A program made the translations under genes and the position numbers. This document shows, piece by piece, positions 1 through 9,070 of a stretch of DNA of 32,000 nucleotides. The stretch is taken from contig DXJG01000013.1 in the NCBI GenBank assembly GCA_019056805.1, positions 1-32,000 on the forward strand, read 5' to 3'. Within the stretch, counting starts at the first letter, position 1. Every line of letters starts with the position of its first letter. The notes below the pieces were generated by a model that was not told the DNA's origin, did no database searches, and saw only the letters and a list, made by a program, of their open reading frames with translations. This DNA is from Candidatus Baldrarchaeota archaeon (GTDB taxonomy: Archaea > Asgardarchaeota > Baldrarchaeia > Baldrarchaeales > DXJG01).

Positions 1-744
1 AAATATTAGGCCTATAAGCCAAGGATCCTTCATAAAATTAACATTGTATAGAGGTAAAAACGTTTCAATACTTTGCATAGCAAAATAGGTTGAAGCTTCA
101 ATAAGACCAATTGTAAGTAGTAGTCCGATTGCGTATCCAGTAAGAGGCTTATCTACTAACGTTGTTTCTTTCCTGGATATTTCAGGTTCTGAAGATGTAT
201 AATTTGATGGGAGGAAGGTTACAAGTATAAAAACTATTGTTCCTAGTGCACCGCATGTTATGTAGGTGAAATGAAAACTATACGTGTAAATGATTATTCC
301 TGCAAGAGTTGGAGCTATTAATCTGCCAATAAGTGTAGAGGTTGAAAATAATCCCATCATACCCCCTTTCTTCGACGGGTAAAGATCCGCTATTAGAGCT
401 GTGGTAACAGGTACAAAGACCGCTGTTGCTATTCCATGATAAACTCTTACAGCAGCTAACTCCCATGCATTTGACACAAAAAGATAAAGAAAAGGAGCAG
501 TCATGAAAACTATTGCACTTACTATTAGAAGTTTTTTTCTCCCATAGATATCGGAGAGGTAACCGGCAGAAAAGTTGATAATAATTCCTGTGATGGTTGA
601 TGCAGATGCTACTAAACCTATTTCAAATGGGTTAAGACCGAGATGTTTGGCGTACAGAGACAACGTTGGAGATTTAGAGGCAGTGGAACTCATTATGGCA
701 AAAAATCCCACTATACTTAAGAGTAAAAATATGGATAACAGCAT
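1..744 (-). CDS. MFS transporter (5' part; runs off the window start)
   Basis: Missing from the ORF track. My translation from ATG at 744 is MLLSIFLLLSIVGFFAIMSSTASKSPTLSLYAKHLGLNPFEIGLVASASTITGIIINFSAGYLSDIYGRKKLL...; it has MFS motif A (GYLSDIYGRKK), successive hydrophobic helices and no stop to position 1. Confidence 0.9.
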   Translation of the reverse strand, partial: MLLSIFLLLSIVGFFAIMSSTASKSPTLSLYAKHLGLNPFEIGLVASASTITGIIINFSAGYLSDIYGRKKLLIVSAIVFMTAPFLYLFVSNAWELAAVRVYHGIATAVFVPVTTALIADLYPSKKGGMMGLFSTSTLIGRLIAPTLAGIIIYTYSFHFTYITCGALGTIVFILVTFLPSNYTSSEPEISRKETTLVDKPLTGYAIGLLLTIGLIEASTYFAMQSIETFLPLYNVNFMKDPWLIGLIF

Positions 745-755
745 GGTGCCAGCCT

Positions 756-1259
756 CTACTTAGATTCTATTTTAGATCTAAGAAATTCTATTCGAGCAAT
801 TCTATCCATACCTTTAAGTTCATCCTTAAATTTTTTCTCAATTTCCTGAGCTTTAAAATATGCATAGAGCGAATCCCATATTTTAAAACCTATCTCAAGA
901 GCTTTATAATCGCTTTCAACAATGAGTCTTAATCCGCTAAACAATGCTTTTATTCCGGAAGCCTCAGGAACCTTATGAAGTTCTTTTTCGATATCAGCTG
1001 CATGAACTATCTGGGCAACCTTCGTAAGAATTGGATCCTTTATCTTATATTTATCCATGATGACTTCAAAGGTACATTTTCCATTTTTATGCCCTAGTTC
1101 AACACCGCTGATATCAAAAGGTATACCATGTTCTGGTTTAGGTTCTTCCCGTGGATAATCTATAAAAACAAATTCAGCGTTTTGGTCAATGAATTTTTTA
1201 ATAAGCCATGCACTAGCTGTACGATCAACATGCACAAACCTTCTAGTAACCCATTTCAA
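756..1259 (-). CDS. ChrB C-terminal-domain (chromate-resistance-associated) protein
   Basis: KWVTR..HVDRTASAWLIKKFID..AEF, FDI.GVELGH..GKCTFE, IVHAADI match the ChrB_C family; TTG start follows a GGTGA RBS. Confidence 0.85.
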   Translation of the reverse strand: MKWVTRRFVHVDRTASAWLIKKFIDQNAEFVFIDYPREEPKPEHGIPFDISGVELGHKNGKCTFEVIMDKYKIKDPILTKVAQIVHAADIEKELHKVPEASGIKALFSGLRLIVESDYKALEIGFKIWDSLYAYFKAQEIEKKFKDELKGMDRIARIEFLRSKIESK

Positions 1260-1364
1260 CCCCTATCACCCATCGCGTTTTGTGATATTAACTAAGCTTA
1301 CCATAGATATTTAATCTTACGACAAAATATCTTCACTGTTTTAAGCTAAAGCAGATAAAGATCT

Positions 1365-1979
1365 CTATTTTTCTCCTTTGCAGTGAATTTTAACTGGGCA
1401 TTTTTCACATTTATGTTTCTTACAATATTCTAAGTAAATTCTTACAAGTTTTGATTCGAAAATTTCAATGTCTTTTAGACCTAAGCGATTAGCAACTTCA
1501 ACGGCAATAGGTGATGGTTTAGGTTGAGCTTTAGGCCATACGCCTCTAAGTTCTCTTAAAAATATATTTACAGCTGTCGGACCAAAACCTTTAAACTCCA
1601 TAAGCTTTTTCTCAAGATCTCTTGGATCTAAAGCTTCTTCATGTAACTTTTCCAAGCTACCATCATACTTACTTTTAAGCAACTTAACGGTTTCAAGAAT
1701 ATTTGTCGCAGTAGAGAAATCATACCTTACATAGCCCCCAGAATCAAGCACCTCCACCAACCTATCCCATCCTGCATCCAAAATTCTATCAGGTGTGGTT
1801 AAATTTTCCTCAACGAATCTTCTAAAAGTCCTTTTAGCAATGTCCGCTGAAATTCTTTTAGCAAAAAGCAGAGAAGCCAAAAACCATTTAAATCGATCTT
1901 CGGCGACAGAAAGATTTAGTCCAAGTTCTTCCGAATAATTTGGCAACTTTTTAAGCTCGTCTTCAATGTCCAAACTCAT
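1365..1979 (-). CDS. HhH-GPD / endonuclease III-like protein with atypical active site and C-terminal Cys cluster
   Basis: HhH motif LMEFKGFGPTAVNIFL; C-terminal CKKHKCEKCPVKIHC. Start moved to ATG 1979, which follows GAGGGG. Confidence 0.75.
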   Translation of the reverse strand: MSLDIEDELKKLPNYSEELGLNLSVAEDRFKWFLASLLFAKRISADIAKRTFRRFVEENLTTPDRILDAGWDRLVEVLDSGGYVRYDFSTATNILETVKLLKSKYDGSLEKLHEEALDPRDLEKKLMEFKGFGPTAVNIFLRELRGVWPKAQPKPSPIAVEVANRLGLKDIEIFESKLVRIYLEYCKKHKCEKCPVKIHCKGEK

Positions 1980-2193
1980 CCCCTCAACTAACATAATATT
2001 CAATATATTACAGGATCAAAGGAATATCTCTGTTAAATTTCAATAATTAGATAACTATGCTTAGAAAGAATCTTTAACTATCTAAAGATTTCTAAATTTT
2101 TGGGTTAAAAAAGACGTCGTTTCCATATGTCATGACAAAATTTATTAGTCGGAAAAGAAAGAGATTAGTCATTATTTTATCGGAGGGATCTTT

Positions 2194-2724
2194 GTGGAGC
2201 CATATGTCTTATTTATGAGTGGAAAATTCATAAATAAGATGAAAAAAGCTTTTAAAATTGGAACATTGGCAAGAAAACCATTCAAAGATGTTGCAACGGT
2301 GCTTGGCTATTCCCCAGTTGAAATTTCATCCAAAGAAGCAAAAGAATACTTTGATAGGTTAGCTCCTTCCCTTAAAGACCTAGCACGTGGCATCATCCAA
2401 GCATTCTTCATCCCAGCAGGCCTTTTATCTAGGAAAAATTACATTACACAAGAGATCCTCGACATAGGGGATTTCTCTCTTTTGCATTTTGCAACATTCG
2501 TAGGAAGAATGGTCAAGAAAACATACTTTGGTTGCATTGTTCTACCCAAGAGTGAAAGTGGATTAGAATCTTCCAAAAACTTCTTTAAAACAATACTCTC
2601 CAAAGTAGGTCAAAATCCTATCGACGATAAAGGGTGGAAAGACACACTTCCAGCTAGAGAAAAATTCATCGCAGAAAAAATCAAAGGTTCGGATAGAAAT
2701 CTATGGCCAGAAATAGCCTCCTAA
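2194..2724 (+). CDS. hypothetical protein (176 aa)
   Basis: Open frame with GTG start after GGAGGGA; no recognisable motif. Confidence 0.75.
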   Translation: MEPYVLFMSGKFINKMKKAFKIGTLARKPFKDVATVLGYSPVEISSKEAKEYFDRLAPSLKDLARGIIQAFFIPAGLLSRKNYITQEILDIGDFSLLHFATFVGRMVKKTYFGCIVLPKSESGLESSKNFFKTILSKVGQNPIDDKGWKDTLPAREKFIAEKIKGSDRNLWPEIAS

Positions 2725-2771
2725 ATTCCTATTTCCTAATATTGTGTAAATTTTATGTGGAAGTGTGTAAG

Positions 2772-3692
2772 ATGCCATTGTTTGGTCCAAAAGTAGAATT
2801 AAAAATGGAAACAAACAAAGATGCTTATTTTCCTGGAGATGAGCTTAAGGTCAAAATACTAATTTCCAGTAATAAAAAAGTAAAAATGGAGGAAGTCAGA
2901 CTCGAATTGATTTGTACAACTACGGTTGAATACCATGTAGCAAGAAAATATGCTATAACGTATCCGGATAGTGAAGATGGTGACGAACTAGTACCAGAAG
3001 AAAGACTTTTTGAACTTGTAAAAATACAAGAACAAATACTAAAGAAAGGAGTAATTCCACCTAGAGACCTTTTCCTAGAAAAAACTTTAACAATTCCAAT
3101 GGATGCTCCACCAACATTCAATGGAACCCATATAAAGACAAATTGGCTTGTAAAAACAGTAATAAATAGAAAATTAAAAAGAGATATTGTTGCAAAAAAG
3201 GACATCACAGTTATGGGACGTATGACAGATCCGGAATTGAAAGAGCCACGTGAATTGCCTTATGAGCTGAAAGATGTAATTATATATATTAAGATTCCAA
3301 GATTTGGCTTCATTTTCGGTGAAACTGTTTCAGGAGAGGTTAACATCAAAGCTAAGAAAAATGTAAAGTTTAGTGAAGTAAGAGCAGAGTTGACCTGTAT
3401 TGAAAAACTAGATCCCTCAAATATTTTAGTAACGCCAATAATGAGTTTTACAGAATTTCAAGGCGATTGTTTCGATATCTTTGCGCGCGATGTTCTTACG
3501 AAAAGCTTAGAACTCAAGGAAAATGATCAACAAAAATTTTGGTTTAACCTAAAAGTTCCAAATATACAAAAACCAATGTGTGAAACAGCGTACTATAAAG
3601 TAGCCTGGTTTCTCAATATAGTTTGTTCAAGGAAATTGAAACCAGATTTGAAAGCCACTATTCCTCTAGCTATAACAAATAGTATCGACTAA
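2772..3692 (+). CDS. tandem arrestin/Spo0M-fold (Vps26-like beta-sandwich x2) protein
   Basis: Two similar beta-rich halves: YFPGDELKVKI..EVRLELIC..W..RKLKRD and FIFGETVSGEV..EVRAELTC..W..RKLKPD. Start moved to ATG 2772 (MPLFGPKV). Confidence 0.65.
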   Translation: MPLFGPKVELKMETNKDAYFPGDELKVKILISSNKKVKMEEVRLELICTTTVEYHVARKYAITYPDSEDGDELVPEERLFELVKIQEQILKKGVIPPRDLFLEKTLTIPMDAPPTFNGTHIKTNWLVKTVINRKLKRDIVAKKDITVMGRMTDPELKEPRELPYELKDVIIYIKIPRFGFIFGETVSGEVNIKAKKNVKFSEVRAELTCIEKLDPSNILVTPIMSFTEFQGDCFDIFARDVLTKSLELKENDQQKFWFNLKVPNIQKPMCETAYYKVAWFLNIVCSRKLKPDLKATIPLAITNSID

Positions 3693-3737
3693 CAAAGAAA
3701 AATGATGTAGATATCAAAATATTTCATTTTTCTTTTT

Positions 3738-3756
3738 AGAACTTTAAGTTCTTTTT
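3738..3756 (+). terminator. possible terminator hairpin + T tract after the arrestin-fold gene
   Basis: AGAACT-TTA-AGTTCT followed by TTTT and preceded by T-rich sequence. Confidence 0.3.
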
Positions 3757-3898
3757 ACACGTTATATTCGCAACTAAGTCGTGACAAAAATGTTCGCTTC
3801 TAAGCCATTAAAATTAATTAAAGATTGAGAATTATCAATAAAGAAGCATAAATATTTTGTAATGCTGTAAATTTAAAACTAAAATTTGGTGATTATAT

Positions 3899-4549
3899 AT
3901 GAAATGTGCTTATTGTAAGGTTTTAGTATGCGCTGAAGGAAAAACTAAAGGATCTAAAGGCTGTCCAATGCTTAAATATATGAATGTAATTGAAGAAGTA
4001 CGTCACGAATATGAGAAGCCTTTTGCAAGAAAACTTGCTTCAAATGCGGGGATTGTTGAGGCAAGTGGCTATATTGAATGGCCACGTCTCAGGGAAATCA
4101 TAGAATTTGCACGTCTCATGGAATATAAAAAGTTAGGTATCGCCTTCTGTATAGGTTTACAGAAAGAAGCAGCAATTGTATCTAAAATTCTTGAAGAAGC
4201 TGGATTTGAAGTTCATTCAGTAAATTGTAAGGTTGGAGCAATTTCAAAAGAAGATGTTGGAGTTCCCAAAGAGTATCAAGGAGTTTCAAAAACCGGTTAC
4301 AACATTGGTTATGTAGCTTGTAATCCAGTAGGCCAAGCTCGTCTCCTTGCTGAAGTTAAAACTGACCTTAACATCGTATTAGGGCTATGTGTTGGCCATG
4401 ACACTCTCTTCTTCAAATATTCAGAAGCTCCTGTCACAGTTCTTGCAACAAAAGATAGAATTAGCGGACATAATCCTCTAGGATTCCTTCACACATATTA
4501 TGGTAAAAAATATTTTCAAAAACTGTTTTCTAAACCAGAAACAATGTAG
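3899..4549 (+). CDS. DUF1847 family Cys-rich putative metal-binding protein
   Basis: CAYC..C, GIAFCIGL, VNCKVG, CNPVGQA, LGLCVGHD, KDRISGHNPL; GGTGA RBS. Confidence 0.9.
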   Translation: MKCAYCKVLVCAEGKTKGSKGCPMLKYMNVIEEVRHEYEKPFARKLASNAGIVEASGYIEWPRLREIIEFARLMEYKKLGIAFCIGLQKEAAIVSKILEEAGFEVHSVNCKVGAISKEDVGVPKEYQGVSKTGYNIGYVACNPVGQARLLAEVKTDLNIVLGLCVGHDTLFFKYSEAPVTVLATKDRISGHNPLGFLHTYYGKKYFQKLFSKPETM

Positions 4550-4818
4550 TTTTCATATTTTCTTTCCAATTTTATCTTAAATATAACTTTTTACATTAAA
4601 TATGTTTACATCATTAGAAAGATCAAATATTAGTTGTTTGTGTCGAAATTAAAAACTAAGTACCTATGTTTTAAAGGTAATATAGGGAGAAAAAGTGTGT
4701 CATTTTAATATTATAGCTTTGCTCTTTGTCTTAACTTTTTAACGAATTATCTTTATTTAGTTTAACCGAAACTATTATATAGTATAAGACCTTTAACGGC
4801 TTTATCGGGGTTTTTAAG

Positions 4819-5991
4819 ATGAGAAAAGTTGCTGTTATAGGGGTAGGAAACTCTAAATTCGGTAATAGACAGGATGTAAATGTCACCGAACTTGCTTTTG
4901 AAGCAGTGAAGCCAGCCCTTGAAGATGCTGGTCTAATACCAAAAGACATCGAATTCGTAGCAGTTGGATCAGCAGGAGCCGGTGCATGGTACGAAGAAGC
5001 ACTTCCAGCTGTTATCGCTGCCGAGTACTGTGGACTAACCGGTGCAGGTCTCGTTCGCTGCGAAGCAGCCTGTGCATCAGGCAGCGCGGCTGTTTTCACA
5101 GTTTATTCAGCTATTGCAAGTGGACAAATCGACATCGGAATGGCACTGGGTCTTGAAAAAATGAGAGAAGTAGATACACTTACAGTTGTCGAGCTTATTG
5201 GAAGAGCTGGATACTATCTCTGGGAATTCCACAATTTCGGAATGACCTTCCCAGCATACTACGCAATGCATGCAACTGCGCACATGGCAAAATACGGTAC
5301 AACAGAAGAAGACTTGGCACTAGTTGCCGTTAAAAACCATAAATACGCAGCACTAAACCCAGTAGCACATTTTCAAAAAGAAATAACCGTTGATGAGGCA
5401 TTATCATCCTATCCAATAGCTTGGCCACTCAAACTCTACGATTGTTGCCCAGTAACCGACGGAGCAGCCGCTGTAATTCTTGCATCCGAAGAAAAAGTGA
5501 AAGAATTGAAAATAGATACACCAGTTTGGATCGAGGGTATTGGAGCCTCCTCTGGCACAGGTAATCTAAGTAAAAGAGATAGTTACGTAGGACTTAAATC
5601 AGCCGTTATCGCGGCTCAAAAAGCATATAAAATGGCCGGTGTTGGTCCTGAAGATATTGAAGTTGCTACAGTTCATGACTGCTTTACAATTGCTGAAATA
5701 TTGGCTTATGAAGACCTAGGTTTCTGTAAGAAAGGAGAGGGTCCAAAACTCATAAGGGAAGGGCAAACTGAGATCGGCGGTAAAATACCTGTGAACGTTG
5801 ACGGAGGATTAAAAGCTAAGGGTCATCCGATTGGTGCAACTGGATGCTCAATGATTTATGAATTAACAAAGCAGCTTAGAGAAGAAGCAGAGAAGAGGCA
5901 GAGGCAAGTTCCATTAAAGAAGTATATAGCTTTAGCTCATAATGTCGGAGGAACTGGTCACTACTGTTATGTAACCATATTAAGAAGGTGA
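4819..5991 (+). CDS. thiolase, SCP2/SCPx type (acetyl-CoA C-acyltransferase)
   Basis: EAACASG nucleophile, HDCF, GHPIGATG, and C-terminal HNVGG typical of SCP2-type thiolases. Confidence 0.92.
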   Translation: MRKVAVIGVGNSKFGNRQDVNVTELAFEAVKPALEDAGLIPKDIEFVAVGSAGAGAWYEEALPAVIAAEYCGLTGAGLVRCEAACASGSAAVFTVYSAIASGQIDIGMALGLEKMREVDTLTVVELIGRAGYYLWEFHNFGMTFPAYYAMHATAHMAKYGTTEEDLALVAVKNHKYAALNPVAHFQKEITVDEALSSYPIAWPLKLYDCCPVTDGAAAVILASEEKVKELKIDTPVWIEGIGASSGTGNLSKRDSYVGLKSAVIAAQKAYKMAGVGPEDIEVATVHDCFTIAEILAYEDLGFCKKGEGPKLIREGQTEIGGKIPVNVDGGLKAKGHPIGATGCSMIYELTKQLREEAEKRQRQVPLKKYIALAHNVGGTGHYCYVTILRR

Positions 5992-5996
5992 TGAAG

Positions 5997-6428
5997 ATGG
6001 AAGTCGGTTTTCCTACAATTAAATCGAGAAAATTAACTATCGTAAATCACATACCGATAAGTAAAACACTAAAATTCTGGGAAGGGCTAAAAGAAGGTAA
6101 AATCTACACAACCAAGTGCAAAAAATGTGGCACAATATTCTTTCCACCAGCTGGAGACTGTTCAAAATGTTATTCTTCAGACATGGAATGGATTGAGTTA
6201 AGCAATGAAGCAGAAATCGAAACATTTACTCATATCTTAGTTAGACCTGCTACGTTCCAACACTATGAACCTTACACTGTTGCAATTGGAAGATTGAAAG
6301 AGGGAGTCAAAGTACTTGCTTGGCTGACCGGCGCAAAGTTATCAGAGATCAAGGTGGGAATGAAGGTTAAATTGGTTGCCAAAGTTACACCGGAAGGAGA
6401 GCCAACTTACGAGTTCCAGCCAATCTAA
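5997..6428 (+). CDS. DUF35 Zn-ribbon/OB-fold thiolase partner
   Basis: KCKKCG..FFPP..DCSKC Zn ribbon followed by an OB-fold region; the GGTGA RBS overlaps the thiolase stop and favours ATG 5997. Confidence 0.9.
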   Translation: MEVGFPTIKSRKLTIVNHIPISKTLKFWEGLKEGKIYTTKCKKCGTIFFPPAGDCSKCYSSDMEWIELSNEAEIETFTHILVRPATFQHYEPYTVAIGRLKEGVKVLAWLTGAKLSEIKVGMKVKLVAKVTPEGEPTYEFQPI

Positions 6429-6617
6429 ACCAAAATACAACGCTAAAACACTTATACTAAACAATTTTTATGTTACAAAAAATTGAAGTATTTAATGTTC
6501 GGGATAGATGCGTTTAGATATAAATATGGATAAATTATCTTTTGAAATAAAAAATATCTGAAGGAACAAAAAAACTTTTTAATAATATCTTAACAACTTA
6601 ATCAAGAGGGGAGAAAA

Positions 6618-7805
6618 ATGGAAAAAATAGAAAAAGTAGCCGTAGTAGGTTCCGGAACAATGGGCCATGGAATAACCCAAATACTAGCCATGTCCGGATA
6701 CCAAGTTACCATGATAGACATAAGTGATGAAATTTTAAACAAAGCAATGGAAAAAATCAAATGGAGCCTGCAGAAATTCGCTGAAAAACGGAGAATAAAA
6801 CCAGAAGATGTAGATACAATAATGTCAAGAATAAAAACAAACACTAATCTTGAAGAAGCCGTTAAAGACGCAGACTTCGTTATAGAAGCAGTACCAGAAA
6901 AAATGGATCTAAAGAAACAAATCTTTTCAAGAGCCGACAAAGCAGCACCTAAACATGCAATTTTAGCTACAAATACCTCAAGTCTAAGCATAACAGAAAT
7001 CTCCGAGGCAACTGAAAGACCAGACAAAGTTGTTGGAATGCATTTCTTTAATCCACCACAATTAATGCCTCTTGTTGAAGTAATTAAAGGAGAACACACC
7101 AGTGATGAAACAGTAAACATCACCGTCGAATTAGCAAGAAAACTAGGTAAAACACCAGTTATCTGTAGAAAAGACACCAGAGGATTTATTGTCAACAGAA
7201 TATTGGGAGCAGTATTTAACGAAGCATTCTGGGCAGTATACAATAAAGAAGCAACAATCGAAGAAGTTGATTCAGCAGTTAAATACAAAGCAGGTTTCCC
7301 AATGGGAATATTTGAACTCGCAGACTATGTTGGACTAGACGTCCTCTACTATGTTTCAAACGTAATGGCAGAAGCATTTGGCGACATAGCAAAGCCTTGC
7401 CCAATAGTTGACCCACTTGTAAAAGAAGGAAAACTAGGTCAAAAAACTGGCCAAGGATTTTACGATTGGAGTAAAGGTAGACCAAGAATACCCTTCCATC
7501 TCGCAGATAACTTTGATATCATGAGAATTTATGCAGTAGCTGTCAACGAAGCTGCCCGATTAATATACGATGACGTTGCAGATCCAGAAGACATAGACAC
7601 AGCCATGAAATTCGGCACAGGCTGGCCTTCCGGTCCATGTGAAATTGCAGACCGACAAGGAATCGATGTCATAGTCAACAAGCTAAAAGAACTCTACGAG
7701 AAAACTGGTGAAGCTAGATATAAACCATGTCCACTACTAGAAGAATATGTTAGTAAGAATTGGCTTGGAAGAAAAACCGGTAGGGGGTTCTACAAATATG
7801 AGTGA
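6618..7805 (+). CDS. 3-hydroxyacyl-CoA dehydrogenase (NAD-binding + duplicated C-terminal domains)
   Basis: VVGSGTMGHGI Rossmann motif, EAVPE, ATNTSSL, GMHFFNPP, GFIVNR, two PMG/PSGP-type C-domains. Confidence 0.95.
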   Translation: MEKIEKVAVVGSGTMGHGITQILAMSGYQVTMIDISDEILNKAMEKIKWSLQKFAEKRRIKPEDVDTIMSRIKTNTNLEEAVKDADFVIEAVPEKMDLKKQIFSRADKAAPKHAILATNTSSLSITEISEATERPDKVVGMHFFNPPQLMPLVEVIKGEHTSDETVNITVELARKLGKTPVICRKDTRGFIVNRILGAVFNEAFWAVYNKEATIEEVDSAVKYKAGFPMGIFELADYVGLDVLYYVSNVMAEAFGDIAKPCPIVDPLVKEGKLGQKTGQGFYDWSKGRPRIPFHLADNFDIMRIYAVAVNEAARLIYDDVADPEDIDTAMKFGTGWPSGPCEIADRQGIDVIVNKLKELYEKTGEARYKPCPLLEEYVSKNWLGRKTGRGFYKYE

Positions 7806-8592
7806 AAAAAGATATGAAAACCTCATATACAAAAAAGAAGATGGAATAGCTTGGATAATCCTAAACCGACCGCACAGACTCAACACTTTTACAGCAGATA
7901 TGATGTTAGAACTCGGAAAAGCTCTTGACGAAGCAGAACAAGATAAAGAAGTCAGATGTATTGTTATAACAGGGGCAGGTGATAAAGCATTTAGTGCAGG
8001 AGCAGATATAACAGCTTTCACTGGTTTAAAACCAGCAACAACCGCAGTTGAAGCTTCAATGAGAGGACAAGAAGTCATCAACAAAATTGAGAGACTATCC
8101 AAACCAGTAATAGCCTCAATTAATGGATATTGCCTTGGCGGAGGCTTAGAACTAGCATTAGCATGTGACTTCAGAATAGCTGCGGAGCACGCTCAACTTG
8201 GAAGTCCAGAAATAAAACTTGGGCTAATACCCGGCTGGGGTGGAACGCAAAGACTTGTTAGACTTGTAGGGCTTGCAAAAGCAAAAGAGCTTGTAATGCT
8301 TGGCGATAGAATCACAGCAGAAGAGGCGTTAAAAATCGGCTTAGTTAATAAAGTTGTGCCTTACGACAAACTTGAAGAAGAAACCAAGAAATTCGCCGAG
8401 AAGCTGGTTAAAGGTCCACCAGTTGCACTCAAGTATGCAAAATACGCATTAAACTTTGGTGCACAAGTACCCTTGGAAGTTGGCTTAAAACTTGAAGCTA
8501 GTGCTTTCGGCCTTGTCTTCTCCACAAAAGATTTAATCGAAGGCGTAACCGCTTTCATGTCTAAAAGAGAGCCAGAGTTCAAAGGAGAATAA
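7798..8592 (+). CDS. enoyl-CoA hydratase / crotonase
   Basis: FSAGADI, GGGLELALACD, PEIKLGLIPGWGG with both catalytic Glu. True start is ATG 7798 (after GGGGG), overlapping the upstream gene by 8 nt. Confidence 0.93.
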   Translation: MSEKRYENLIYKKEDGIAWIILNRPHRLNTFTADMMLELGKALDEAEQDKEVRCIVITGAGDKAFSAGADITAFTGLKPATTAVEASMRGQEVINKIERLSKPVIASINGYCLGGGLELALACDFRIAAEHAQLGSPEIKLGLIPGWGGTQRLVRLVGLAKAKELVMLGDRITAEEALKIGLVNKVVPYDKLEEETKKFAEKLVKGPPVALKYAKYALNFGAQVPLEVGLKLEASAFGLVFSTKDLIEGVTAFMSKREPEFKGE

Positions 8593-8672
8593 ACAATATT
8601 TCTTTCTTTTATTTTAATTTTACAGCGGTTCTAAAAATTAAATAAAATAAGAAATTAAGAAAGTAGTTGTTT
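8593..8672. terminator. probable bidirectional T-tract terminator region between convergent genes
   Basis: T-rich left half (TTTCTTTCTTTTATTTTAATTTT) and mirror A-rich right half between two convergent stops. Confidence 0.4.
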
Positions 8673-9014
8673 TTATCCGCTTGCGACTTTATCAAGTATT
8701 GTTTTTAGTTTCATAGCATCCTCAAGTGAACCTTCGATTCTTAGTTGTCCTGACATATATGCTGCCACAGAATCTAATTCTCCTTTTAGTATTTGTTCCC
8801 ATACTGCTGAATCAGCTGTTAAAACTAGTGATGGGTTTTCATGTTGACCTTTTGCAACGTTAAATGTGCCTTCTTTTACTTCTACATAGCAAGGTTCTCC
8901 GTCTGTAACCATTATTTGGAAAACTTTTTCGAAACCTTCAAGTTCGCTTTTTAATTCTTCGATTTTTGAAGCCTTTTCTTCAAAAAGTTCCTTAAGTAGT
9001 TCATAGATGCTCAT
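8673..9014 (-). CDS. SCP2 sterol/lipid-binding domain protein
   Basis: CYVEVKEG..VAKG..PSLVLTAD..VW..IL.GELD...AYMSGQLRIEG...AMKL is the SCP2 pattern. Confidence 0.9.
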   Translation of the reverse strand: MSIYELLKELFEEKASKIEELKSELEGFEKVFQIMVTDGEPCYVEVKEGTFNVAKGQHENPSLVLTADSAVWEQILKGELDSVAAYMSGQLRIEGSLEDAMKLKTILDKVASG

Positions 9015-9070
9015 ATTATATACCTCCCTTCCTATTTCACTTAATTTAAAACAAGCTTACATAAAAAATT

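Noticed and set aside
278-763. ORF-track 62-aa ORFs at 278-466 and 575-763
   Set aside because: They are off-frame or antisense shadows of the MFS gene at 1-744.
2061-2095. Imperfect inverted repeat AATCTTTA/TAAAGATT in the divergent promoter region
   Set aside because: It is AT-rich, occurs once, and has no second copy to support an operator call.
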